A stretch of DNA of 49,347 nucleotides, from contig DATKLD010000269.1 of assembly GCA_035542595.1 (NCBI GenBank), positions 1-49,347 on the forward strand. The letters are read 5' to 3'. The stretch's first letter is position 1. Each line of letters starts with the position of its first letter. Shown piece after piece: positions 32,518 through 42,900 of the stretch. A model generated the notes under the pieces. That model had not been told where the DNA came from. It saw nothing but the letters and a program-made list of their open reading frames with translations, and searched no databases. Both the position numbers and the translations under genes were made by a program. This DNA is from Terriglobales bacterium. GTDB lineage: Bacteria; Acidobacteriota; Terriglobia; Terriglobales; Acidobacteriaceae.

Positions 32518-33882
32518 TTATGCCGAGCTCCGGGTGGTGATGGTCTCCAGGCCATGGCCGTGAGGCCCGGTCTCGCGGCGTCGCAGCAGCAGGGCGAACA
32601 CCACGCCCAGGGCCGCCAGGGCCGTCAGAATGTGCAGCATGGGCAGATAGCCGCTGGGATTCGTCGCCCCCGCATGCGCCATGTCGTTAGCTTTCCCTAG
32701 CCGGTCATTGAAGAATGCCATGCCCGCGTTCTGAATCATGGTCATCAGGCCAAGGGCCGTGCCCAAGGTCTTCTGGTCCACGATATATGCCACCGATGGC
32801 CAGATGACCGCCGGCACCAGCGAAAAGGCCACTCCCATCATGGCCATAGACGCCACCAGATGTATGGGGGCAACGAACTGAGTGCTCCAAGGCCACGGCA
32901 GGCGGGCGTTCACGAGCAGGTTGGAATGCGCGTATCCCATGATCGAAAACACGGGGATGAGCAGGGCCGAGCCGAAGATCATCAGCAAAGCGCGTTTTCC
33001 AACGCGGTCGGCCAGCAGGCCGAACAGGGGCGTTCCCACCATGGTGCAGGCAGTCAGGATGCTCAGCAGCAGCCCTGCGTCCGATAGCGGCATGCCCTGC
33101 TTGTGCTGGAAGAACTTCACCGCGAAGGTCTCGAACGGAAAAATGGCTGAGTAAAAGACCACGCACAGGGCAACCAGGAGCCAGTAAGAGCGGCCGAATT
33201 TCAGGATGTCGCCGGCGACGACTTTGTCCACTTCACCAGCCTGTCCGAGGTGGTAGTGGCGTTCAGCCCGCACTTCCAGGATCCAATACAGGATCGGTCC
33301 GACGACGCATAAGGTCACAAACCCGACGCCAATCAGCCACGGCGTCTGCCAGGAGCGGTACGCGCTTCCCGCCCAGCTCGGAGAACTTTGCGCCAGCAGC
33401 GTTCCGAAACGCGCGATCACCAGGTTGATGCCGAAGGCGAAGCTGAGTTCCTTTCCCCGAAACCACTTGGCCAGGGCTGTGGTGACCGAGACGATCAGCG
33501 ACTCTGCTCCCATGCCGAAAATGAACCTGCCTGCAGCCATGACCTCGAACCGAGGCGTGGTCGCGGTGAGAATCGCTCCCAGCAAGCAGGTTGTTCCGAA
33601 AAGCAGCGTCGCCTTGCGGGTCCCGATGCGATCGATGATTACGCCGCCGATCAGCACGGTGGCGATGGGAGCGATGCTGTAAAACGAATTCAGCCGTCCG
33701 ATGTTCTGGTCGCTGAAGCCAAGCTGTTTTTGCAGAATGTCGGCCAGCGGGCTGAGCGCGTCGTAGAAGTAGTAATTGCCGAACATCGCCAGGCTGACGA
33801 AGATCAGCACCGTCCAGCGATAGGCGGTCGAAGGCGCGGGCAGCGCTTCTGCCCGGAGTGCAGTTGTGGCTGAATCCACCAT
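32518..33882 (-). CDS. MFS transporter
   Basis: About 12 hydrophobic segments. MFS signature GGVIIDRIGTRK, with a second-half equivalent LLADRVGKRA. Confidence 0.85.
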   Translation of the reverse strand: MVDSATTALRAEALPAPSTAYRWTVLIFVSLAMFGNYYFYDALSPLADILQKQLGFSDQNIGRLNSFYSIAPIATVLIGGVIIDRIGTRKATLLFGTTCLLGAILTATTPRFEVMAAGRFIFGMGAESLIVSVTTALAKWFRGKELSFAFGINLVIARFGTLLAQSSPSWAGSAYRSWQTPWLIGVGFVTLCVVGPILYWILEVRAERHYHLGQAGEVDKVVAGDILKFGRSYWLLVALCVVFYSAIFPFETFAVKFFQHKQGMPLSDAGLLLSILTACTMVGTPLFGLLADRVGKRALLMIFGSALLIPVFSIMGYAHSNLLVNARLPWPWSTQFVAPIHLVASMAMMGVAFSLVPAVIWPSVAYIVDQKTLGTALGLMTMIQNAGMAFFNDRLGKANDMAHAGATNPSGYLPMLHILTALAALGVVFALLLRRRETGPHGHGLETITTRSSA

Positions 33883-34136
33883 CCAAGGCCTTTTCTCGCT
33901 GCAAGAAATGCGACGCTATGGCGCGCGCCGCAGAGAACTGGTTTCAAGATATCAGATTGGCCGCAGGATGTCAGAAGGCAGTGCTTGGTTAGCAACGGAG
34001 AGGCTCTGGTCCCGAAAGCGGCGGAAAGGCTTCCCCAGACCGTGCCGGATGTCGCGACAGCGGCCGAGCGTCACGCGCAAGGAGGTCCTGGGTCGGGAGG
34101 GCGCAGCCTGAACCTGAGAAAACCGGGAGTACCAGA

Positions 34137-34700
34137 CTACTGGATCTTCTGCGTCTTGCCCTCGTACTTGACCAGGCCGTTCTGCTGGTTCTGGCGCTTC
34201 ACATCCTCGTTCGAATAGGTTCGCGCCGCACGCCCGTGCATGGCCCTCGCCGCCTGCACCGGGGTGGGGCCTAGTCCGGCTGAGCTGAAATAGAGCCACG
34301 CCTCTCTTTGTTGCTCGGCTTCGTGGTGGCGATGCATCCAGTCCCCATATCCCGCCGCCCACTCCCGACCGAATTCATGGATAGGAGCGTTAACATCGGG
34401 TGATATGAGCGGTGTTCCTCCGCCGACATACCAAACCGGCTGGGTATAGACGGCATCGATATTACCGGAGACTTGGGAGAGAGTGCTATTGGTTGCGCCC
34501 GCAACCAGTCCGCCGGTCGCATTGGTCGCTCCCACGGGATTTGGAGAAACCGTCGCAAACGACAGTTCCGGGGTCGTGATTAGCGGCACATAAGGCCCGC
34601 ACCCGTAGGAACAATACCCCGGATATCCTCGGACCACGGTTTGACCGAACCCCAACACGGACAACAGCAGAATCGTGCACAGCAGAGTAACCGAGCGCAT
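34137..34700 (-). CDS. hypothetical secreted protein
   Basis: SD GGGGAGG precedes ATG 34698-34700. Signal peptide MRSVTLLCTILLLSVLGFGQ. No family recognised. Confidence 0.55.
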   Translation of the reverse strand: MRSVTLLCTILLLSVLGFGQTVVRGYPGYCSYGCGPYVPLITTPELSFATVSPNPVGATNATGGLVAGATNSTLSQVSGNIDAVYTQPVWYVGGGTPLISPDVNAPIHEFGREWAAGYGDWMHRHHEAEQQREAWLYFSSAGLGPTPVQAARAMHGRAARTYSNEDVKRQNQQNGLVKYEGKTQKIQ

Positions 34701-35032
34701 ATTACCTCCCCAGGAAACTTCCTTCACCACATTCGTTGCAGGCGGCATGCCACTCCAGTCCGCACACGGGTTCAGCCGAGATCTGCCGACGGTTTGGGTT
34801 GTTTCCGGACGGTCGCAGTTTGAACGGCTGATCATTCGTGCACGGACTTGCGCAAAAAATGCAGGCATTTGTTCATTTGGATTGCACGGCGAGCGTCGCG
34901 GGTTGCGCGGGGTACAGCAGGGCATGGGCTGCCCTTCAGGCCTGCAATCGTCCCGCAGCGGCTCGAGCCGAACGCCCCTGACGCTATGCAGGGCCGAAGC
35001 GCTGCCCCACCCACATCAGGAACAACTCCAAG

Positions 35033-36055
35033 TCAGGAGCCTACGTAGCGCGCGTAGAGACTGCGGGCAAGCGCGATGTCGGCGGTACCCTTGATGATGG
35101 CGCGACCGTCGGGGAAAAGGGTCATTTCGTAGTCGTCGCGCCAGAACTTCAGTACCAGCTCGTTGTAGCGGACGGTACCGTGCGGTTCGAGGCGGGCGCT
35201 CATCTCGGCGAAGTCAATGGGGCGTTCGCGCTCGTGGATCTGTACGGAATTGCGCCCGCACAGGGTGATGTGCGGCCGTCCTTTGCCTTCCAGGTGAGTG
35301 AACTCCCGCCGGGCACAGGTCCGGCAGTCGTCGCGGGGGCGGGCCGATGAGATCTCAGAGCGCTCGTTGGTCCACACGTCGAAGGAGAGCAACGTGCTCC
35401 GCAGTTGGATGCGTGCGCCTACCAGCAACTTCAAAGCTTCCGTGGCCTGAAGGGACGCGACCAGGCTGACGGCGGAATTCAGAATTCCGGAGGTGTCGCA
35501 AGTCTCGACCACGCCATGCGGCGGAGCCGGAAAGATGCATGCCAGACAAGCAGTCTCACCCGGCAGGATGTTCATGGTCACGCCGTAACCGCCCACGGCG
35601 GCGGCGTAGATCCAGGGCAGGCGCTGCTGCACGGCGTAATCATTGATCAGGTAACGGGTCTCGAAATTGTCGGTGCCGTCGAGCACGAGGTCGGCCTGCG
35701 CCAGCAAGTCTCCGATGTTGGCCGGGGTGAGGTCGGCGACTTTGGGGTCGACCACGATCTCCGAGTTGAAGGCGGCGATCTTGCGCGCCGCGGCGATGGC
35801 TTTGGGCACCGACTCCGTGGCGTCATTCTCGTCGAACAGGGACTGGCGCTGGAGGTTGCTGGGCTCGACGTAATCGCGGTCAATGATGCGCAAACTTCCC
35901 ACGCCGGCACGAGCCAGCAGGGAAGCGAGGCAGGAGCCGATGGCGCCACAGCCCACAACGGCCACGCGGGCCGCGGCCAGCCGGCGCTGGCCTTCCGCGC
36001 CGATACCGCGGTACAGCACCTGACGTGAGTAGCGTTCCTCTGCAGTCATGGGCAC
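35033..36055 (-). CDS. thiF: ThiF/MoeB-family E1-like adenylyltransferase (Bacillus ThiF-type architecture)
   Basis: RYSRQ, GCGAIGS nucleotide loop, DRDYVEPSNLQRQ, two CxxC pairs (CLAC, CRTC), and the C-terminal LCGRNSVQI...LFPDGRAIIKGT tail, which resembles B. subtilis ThiF as I recall it. Confidence 0.7.
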   Translation of the reverse strand: MPMTAEERYSRQVLYRGIGAEGQRRLAAARVAVVGCGAIGSCLASLLARAGVGSLRIIDRDYVEPSNLQRQSLFDENDATESVPKAIAAARKIAAFNSEIVVDPKVADLTPANIGDLLAQADLVLDGTDNFETRYLINDYAVQQRLPWIYAAAVGGYGVTMNILPGETACLACIFPAPPHGVVETCDTSGILNSAVSLVASLQATEALKLLVGARIQLRSTLLSFDVWTNERSEISSARPRDDCRTCARREFTHLEGKGRPHITLCGRNSVQIHERERPIDFAEMSARLEPHGTVRYNELVLKFWRDDYEMTLFPDGRAIIKGTADIALARSLYARYVGS

Positions 36056-36218
36056 GATCTCCCGCTACCCAGTATTATAGGAGGCGGGCTACGCCGCGAC
36101 CGAAAGAGAGGCCAGGGCGGCCGTTCGCAAGTGCAACGAGACCAGCAGGAGCGCACATCTTATAAGCCATTGGAACAGCAGCCGGCTCCCTTCTGTCGGC
36201 GAAAGGACAAAATCTGGA

Positions 36219-39200
36219 GTGGCGCGAACCGCGCTCATGGCGACACTACTCGCCGGGCTGTCGTGTCTTTTCGCCACCTGCGCCCCGGTGTCGGCGCAGC
36301 AGAACAGCACCTGGGAAAGCAAGTCCGGCGCCGTCAGCGGCGAGCCTGCGTTACGGCCGGCAGCCCCGCCCCTTCCTCAGGATGCCGGGTCCCTGGCCTC
36401 CGTCGCCGGCCGGCGCGTGCACGACATTCAGTTTCGCGGCACACCCTCGATAGTCCCCACTTCGCGGTGGCTGTCGCTGATCCCGCAGAAAGTTGACCAG
36501 CCGCTGGACAAGCGCAAGGTGCGCGCCAGCGTACAAGCGTTGTTTGCCACGGGGCGATTCCAGGACATTCAGGTGGCGGTCGAGCCTGCGCCGAACAACG
36601 AAGTCTCGCTGCTGTTCATCGCCAGGGAGAACCAGTTCGTCGGCTCGGTGGACGTGGCCCTCCTTCTCCGGCACGGTCCGACCAGCCACCAGCTTGTGAA
36701 TGCCAGCAAACTGCAACTCGGCGAGCTGCTCACCGATGCACGGATGGAGCAGGCCATCGCGGGTATCGAGAAAGTCCTCGAAGAGAACGGCTTTTATCGC
36801 GCGACCGTCACCCCGCAGCTCACCCCGCATCCCAAGACGCAGCAGGCGGACATCCTCTTTAACATTCAGGCCGGTCCGCGGGCGAGTGTGGGCAAGATTA
36901 AGGTGACAGGAGACCCCGGTCTCACCCTCGAGCAGATCAGCGAGCTGACCAAGCTACGTCGCGGAGATCCAGTGACGGCGCAGGTCGTGACGCGGGCTTT
37001 GCAGAGGTTGCGCAAGGAATATCAGAAGCAGGACCGGCTGGAAGCGCAGGCTTCGCTGGTCAGCCGAGCCTACCGCCCTGAGAGCAACACGGTCGATTAC
37101 ACGCTTAACATCGTGCGCGGACCGCTGGTCGCCATCCACGTAGAAGGCGCCCGCCTCCCGGGGAAAGTAATCAAGCGCTCCGTGCCGGTCTACGAGGAAA
37201 GCGCCGTAGATGACGATCTGCTCAACGAGGGCCGTCGTAACCTGCGCGACTACCTGCAGACCCAGGGCTATTTCGAATCCCAGGTCAACGTAGTGCGGAA
37301 GGAGCAGCCCGGGTTGGACCGTACCGACATCGTTTTTGACGTGGACAAGGGCGAGCGGTACAAACTGGCCGCCGTGGCCCTGGAGGGCAACAAGTATTTT
37401 CCTACCGACCTCATCCGCGACCGTATGCAGATCCAGCCGGCGGGATGGTTGCTGGAGCACGGCCTGTTCAGCCAGTCCCTGCTCAACCGCGACCTGGACT
37501 CGATCCGCGACCTTTACCGCAGCAATGGCTTCCTGCAGGTGAACGCGTACGCAGAGGTGCAAGACGACTACCTCGGCAGGAAGGGCCAGATGCGGGTGCT
37601 GGTGCACATCAGAGAAGGCCCACAGACGCTGGTGAAAGACCTGACTATCGTCGGAGCCACGACATTTGCCGACATGGCATTGCGGAACATGCTGGCCAAT
37701 GTGCCTGGGCAGCCGTTTTCCGACGCCAACATGGCGGCCGACCGCGATGCGCTGGCGAATTTTTACTTCAACCGGGGCTTCCCCGAGGTCACGGTGACCT
37801 ACGCCGCTCACTCAGCGGCGGAGGATCCCACGCGCATGAACGTGACCTACACCATCCGCGAGGGGGAGCGCGTGTATGTGAACCAGGTGCTGGTGAGCGG
37901 GTTGAACTATACCCGTCCCTCCGTCGTGGAAAAACGGATTGTCCCTCATGCGGGCGATCCGCTCAGCCAGGCGGACATGCTGAAGACCCAGAGCCGGCTC
38001 TACGATCTTGGCATCTTCAGCGCTGTGGACGTGGCCGTGCAGAATCCGGACGGCAAGGAGGCCTACAAGGACGTCCTGCTTAACCTGAGCGAGGCCCGCC
38101 GTTACACCTTCAACTACGGCTTGGGATTCGAAGTACAGTCGGGCGGCACCCCGGCTGGGGTGACGAATCCTCAGGGACGGACCGGGGCCAGTCCGCGTGT
38201 CTCCTTCGACGTCAGCCGGCTGAACTTTCGCGGTCGCGACGAGACGATCTACCTCCAGTCCCACTTTGGCCGGCTGCAGCAGCGCGCCCTGCTGGGGTAC
38301 GCAGTCCCGCACTGGCTGGACCGGGAGAAGCTCAAACTCACCTTCAACCTTCTCTATGACAACACGCTGGACGTTTTCACTTTCACTTCCCAGCGAGTGG
38401 AAGGATCCATGCAAGTGCAGCAGTCCGTGAGCAAAGCCACCACCCTGTTGTACCGCCTGACGTACCGCGACGTCAGGGTGTCAAACCTTGCGATCACCCC
38501 GGCACTGATCCCGCAGTTGTCTCAACCGGTGCGCATCGGCATTCCAAGTTTCACCTATATCCGCGACACTCGCGACAATCCGGTGGACTCGCATAAAGGC
38601 AATTACCTGGTCTTCGATACTGGTGTGACCTCGCACGCGCTGGGGTCGCAAACCAACTTCGGTCGTTTCCTGCTGCAGCACTCCGAATATCGCGCCTTCG
38701 GACACAAAGGAAGGTTCGTGCTGGCGCATTCCACACAGTTGGGCATCGAGCAGCCCTGGGGCGGGTCATCGGCCACCGTCCCGCTGGCGGAACGGTTTTA
38801 TTCTGGTGGCGGCAATTCACTGCGCGGCTTCGCAACGAACCAGGCCGGCCCGCGCGATCTTGGAACCGGGTACCAGCTTGGGGGAGAGGCCCTGTTCGTG
38901 AACAATCTGGAGCTTCGTCTCCCGCCCGTGCCCTTGCCCTTCCTCGGCAAGGATCTGAGCCCGGTGATCTTTCATGATATGGGCAACGTGTTTGCGTCCC
39001 CCTCCGACCTGTTCCCCAGCCTTTTCCGCTGGTCGCAGCCCAACCTCACGGAGTGCAAGAATAACCCGTCGCCTGCGACTTGCAATCCCATCTTTAATTA
39101 CAACTCGCATGCGGTAGGTGGAGGAATCCGCTACCGCACGCCCATTGGGCCGGTGCGCTTCGACGTGAGCTACAACCTGAATCCGCCCACTTATCTTGTC

Positions 39201-39281
39201 GGATTCCAGTCGCCGCAGCCGCCGGCCTTTCAGGTGCTGCACCGGGTGAACTTTTTCTTCAGTATCGGGCAGACGTTCTGA
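36219..39281 (+). CDS. bamA: BamA/Omp85-family outer membrane protein assembly factor (long, multi-POTRA)
   Basis: Signal peptide, repeated POTRA-like modules, and C-terminal barrel motifs (RGF, YSGGGNSLRGF). It ends in ...FFFSIGQTF, an aromatic C-terminus. Confidence 0.85.
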   Translation: MARTALMATLLAGLSCLFATCAPVSAQQNSTWESKSGAVSGEPALRPAAPPLPQDAGSLASVAGRRVHDIQFRGTPSIVPTSRWLSLIPQKVDQPLDKRKVRASVQALFATGRFQDIQVAVEPAPNNEVSLLFIARENQFVGSVDVALLLRHGPTSHQLVNASKLQLGELLTDARMEQAIAGIEKVLEENGFYRATVTPQLTPHPKTQQADILFNIQAGPRASVGKIKVTGDPGLTLEQISELTKLRRGDPVTAQVVTRALQRLRKEYQKQDRLEAQASLVSRAYRPESNTVDYTLNIVRGPLVAIHVEGARLPGKVIKRSVPVYEESAVDDDLLNEGRRNLRDYLQTQGYFESQVNVVRKEQPGLDRTDIVFDVDKGERYKLAAVALEGNKYFPTDLIRDRMQIQPAGWLLEHGLFSQSLLNRDLDSIRDLYRSNGFLQVNAYAEVQDDYLGRKGQMRVLVHIREGPQTLVKDLTIVGATTFADMALRNMLANVPGQPFSDANMAADRDALANFYFNRGFPEVTVTYAAHSAAEDPTRMNVTYTIREGERVYVNQVLVSGLNYTRPSVVEKRIVPHAGDPLSQADMLKTQSRLYDLGIFSAVDVAVQNPDGKEAYKDVLLNLSEARRYTFNYGLGFEVQSGGTPAGVTNPQGRTGASPRVSFDVSRLNFRGRDETIYLQSHFGRLQQRALLGYAVPHWLDREKLKLTFNLLYDNTLDVFTFTSQRVEGSMQVQQSVSKATTLLYRLTYRDVRVSNLAITPALIPQLSQPVRIGIPSFTYIRDTRDNPVDSHKGNYLVFDTGVTSHALGSQTNFGRFLLQHSEYRAFGHKGRFVLAHSTQLGIEQPWGGSSATVPLAERFYSGGGNSLRGFATNQAGPRDLGTGYQLGGEALFVNNLELRLPPVPLPFLGKDLSPVIFHDMGNVFASPSDLFPSLFRWSQPNLTECKNNPSPATCNPIFNYNSHAVGGGIRYRTPIGPVRFDVSYNLNPPTYLVGFQSPQPPAFQVLHRVNFFFSIGQTF

Positions 39282-39961
39282 TGAGTAGTCATTTCCAATG
39301 CGGACGGTGCGTGGCACGCCGCACGCTGATGGTAGCGGCACTGCTGCTGGCTGGCTCCGGGTTGTGCCAGGCGGCGGAGGTGATCGATCGCATCGTCGCT
39401 ACCGTGAACGGCGACGTGATCCTCGAAAGCGAGTGGGACGAAGCGGTCCGGTTCGAATTCCTGGTGAGCGGCCGCCCCCTCAAGGAGGTTACGACTGGGG
39501 ACCGCAGGCTGACACTGGAGCGGCTGATCGACCAGGCTCTGATCCGTGAACAGATGCGCGCCAGTTCATTCGTGCCGGCAACGCCCGAGGAGGTTGCCGC
39601 TCACGTGGGCGAGCTGCGCCAAACTGTCCCGGCATGGAAGACGGACGACGGCTGGCGAGCCGCCCTGGCTGCCTACGGATTGACCGAGGAAGACGTGGAA
39701 GAGAGGACGGCAGTCCAGGTGAATGTGCTGCGCTATCTTGACCTGAGATTTCGCCCCGAGATCCACATTGAGCGAAGAGCCGTAGAGAACTACTACCGGC
39801 AGCGCTTGCTTCCAGAAATGCGCGCCGCCGGCTGGTCGGATGTCCCCTTCGAGCAGGTCGCTCCCAAGATCGAGCGGCTGCTGACCGAGCAGCGGCTCAA
39901 CGAGCTTCAGGACCAGTGGGTGCGCTCGCTGCGCCTGCAGGGAGACATCCGGATACGATGA
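39281..39961 (+). CDS. SurA N-terminal-domain-like periplasmic chaperone
   Basis: A signal peptide followed by VIDRIVATVNGDVILESEWD, the SurA N-domain pattern. The ATG shares one base with the bamA TGA. Confidence 0.6.
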   Translation: MSSHFQCGRCVARRTLMVAALLLAGSGLCQAAEVIDRIVATVNGDVILESEWDEAVRFEFLVSGRPLKEVTTGDRRLTLERLIDQALIREQMRASSFVPATPEEVAAHVGELRQTVPAWKTDDGWRAALAAYGLTEEDVEERTAVQVNVLRYLDLRFRPEIHIERRAVENYYRQRLLPEMRAAGWSDVPFEQVAPKIERLLTEQRLNELQDQWVRSLRLQGDIRIR

Positions 39962-42900
39962 CCGAGACCGCCCCAACTCGCAAGGCCGTCCGGTACGCTG
40001 GGATCGGCGTGGCGGTGCTGGCGCTCGCAGCCTGGTACTTAACCAGCGCCAGCTTCCAGGAACGAATGCGCCGCAAGGTGGTGGCCGGGCTGGAGCAGAT
40101 GACCGGGGCGCGCGCCGAACTGAAGTCGTTTCGCTGGTCGCTATGGAGGCTGGAATTCGAGGGGCGCGACCTCACCCTTCATGGGTTGGAATCCTCCGAC
40201 CAGGCGCCGTACGCGCACGCCGACCGGCTGCTGGTCCGGCTGAAGGTGCTTTCCTTGCTGCGATACCAGATCGGCATCCGCAGGCTCGAACTGGAGCACC
40301 CGGTTGTCCACATCATTGTTTACCCGGACGGCAGTACCAACCAGCCGGGGCCCAGGATGAAAGTGAAGGGCGAAGCCATCGCCGGTGTGCTGTTCGAACT
40401 CGCTATCGACCACGCGCAGGTGGATCGCGGAGAGCTGCTCTGGAACGACCGGCGCGTGCCGTTGGATTTCACGGCGCGCGGGCTGACGATGACGATGTCG
40501 TATGCCGGCCTGGCAGGCACCTACGACGCACGCGTCCAGGTCGCGGCTCTGGATTCGAAGTACAGCGGCTTCCCGCCGCTCCACGGCAAGACCGAATTCC
40601 AACTCATGCTCGCGCCCGGCAGGGCCGAACTCAGGTCGTTCAAGCTGGTGTCGGACCGCTCTTTGCTCGAGGCGCGCGGCACGCTCACGGATTTCCGCGA
40701 CCCGAAGATGGAGCTGACTTACAGCGGGTCTTTGGATGTGGTGGAACTCGGCGTCCTGGTACCCATCCGCGAGCTGCGGCGGGGAAAACTGGAGGTCAGC
40801 GGCCAGGCTGCAGTTCATGCGCAGGATTTCACCTCAGCCGGACTACTGGTTTTGAAGGGTGTGGAGTGGCGCGAGCCGGGCCTGAGCATTCCGGAGCTGA
40901 ACACCGCCGCCCGATACTCCCTCAGCCGCGACCGCCTGGTGATTTCCAACCTCACTGCCCAGGCGCTGGGGGGATTGATCACCGGCGGCGCAGAAATCAT
41001 CAACTGGATGAGCCCCGGCCTGCTCGCACAAACTCGTCAGCACGGCGTCGGGCATCTGCGCCTGTCCCGCGTACAGATCGGAGCCCTGGCCGCGGCTGTT
41101 TCCACTTCCTGGCTGCCGCTCGAGCGCGTTCACCCCGCAGGAGTCGCCAGCGGCACGGTCGATTTCGAATGGACCGGTTCCACCCGGAACCTGAACGCGA
41201 CCTCGGCCGTCGAGATCGAGCCGCCGCCCAGTCCCCGGCCGGGAGAGCTGCCGGTCACCGCGCGAATGCACATCGACTATCACGGCCGCCAGACGACAGT
41301 GGATATCGCGCAATTGAGCATCACCACCCGGGCTACGCATTTCAGCGCGTCCGGGGTGCTGGGCTCGACCGGCGCGCGCTTGAGCATCGCGCTCAACAGC
41401 AGTGATTTCACCGAGCTGCAGTCGGTCCTGGCTGCGTTGCACCAGCCAAGGGTTACGCTGGAGGTACAGGGGCGCACATCGTTTACAGGGAACGTCACTG
41501 GCAGACTGGCCGGCCCGACCATCAGCGGCCATCTCGAGATTTCGGATTTCGACACCAACCTGTCCCCTGGACAAATACTGCTCCCGCAAGCTACTGGCGC
41601 AGTTGCGCCGGCTGCTCCCCGGCGTCTGCATTGGGATTCTTTGGCCGCCGATCTGCTGTACTCGCCCAGCGAGTTTTCGTTTCACCACGGAGTGCTGCGC
41701 CGCGGCGCCGCGCTGGCCCGCTTCGATGTGAGCGAAGGATTGCGGAATGGAGAGTTGGAAGACACGAGCGCCCTGCAGGGCCGTGTCAGCATCGTCGGCG
41801 CCGACGTACAGGACGTGCAGTTGCTCGCCGGGACGGCCTATCCCATCACCGGGAAGCTGTCGTTGAACGTCACCCTTGGCGGAACGCACTCGAGTCCCAG
41901 CGGCCAGGGTCCCCTGGAGATCACGGGCGGGACGCTTGCCGGCGAGGCCTTTCAATCGCTGCGCGCGACCCTGATGTGGGCCAGCTGGGAGGTGAAGCTC
42001 ACCGACCTCACGCTCACGCACAACGGCGCCCAGCTCAACGGCAGCCTGGCCTACAACTTCAGCGATGACCGATTTCACTTTGACCTCACGGGAACGAATT
42101 TCGAGCTCTCGAAGTTCCCGCGGCTGCAACGGCCGCGCCTGACGATGGCCGGCGTGGCGGGGTTTCACGTGCAGGGATCGGGCACGGTTCAGGCGCCGGT
42201 GATCAACATCGACTTACATGTCCGCGATCTGGTGTTGAACAGGGAACAGGCAGGCGACTTCGACCTGACGGGCGTCACCCATGGGCCAGACCTGCACCTG
42301 ACCGCGCGCTCGCATTTTCAGACGGCAGAGCTGGCTATCGACGGCGACATCCGCCTGCGTGGAGATTTTCCCGCCAACGTTACTCTTCGCTTTTCCCACC
42401 TCGATATCAGTCCCTTGCTGCGCGCGTATCTTGAGGGCAAGATCACCGTCCATTCCTCGATCGCCGGGACACTGGACCTGCGCGGACCGCTTCTCCGCCC
42501 CCGCGACCTGAACCTCACCGGTAACGTGGATCAGTTCTCGGCGGAAATCCAGAAGGTGGCCGTCGAAAGCGAGGGCCCAATCCATTTCACACTGGCGAAT
42601 GAAGTCCTCACCCTCGATCACCTGCACCTGAGAGGATTCAACCGCGCGCAACCGGCGGAGAGCGGGGCTGCCGCGGGTCCAACCACCGATATCGTGGCCG
42701 GGGGCGTGATTCAGCTCGGCGGTGAGCACGAAATGAAGCTTCACGCCGACGGCACACTCGACTTCGGGCTCCTGCAAAGCTTGAACCCCGAGCTGACGTC
42801 CTCCGGCCAGATGGAGATCAACGTCGCCGTCACCGGCACCATGGCGCAGCCGCAGACTCGCGGGCAGGTGCGCATTACCAACGGCGCTATTTCCTACATC

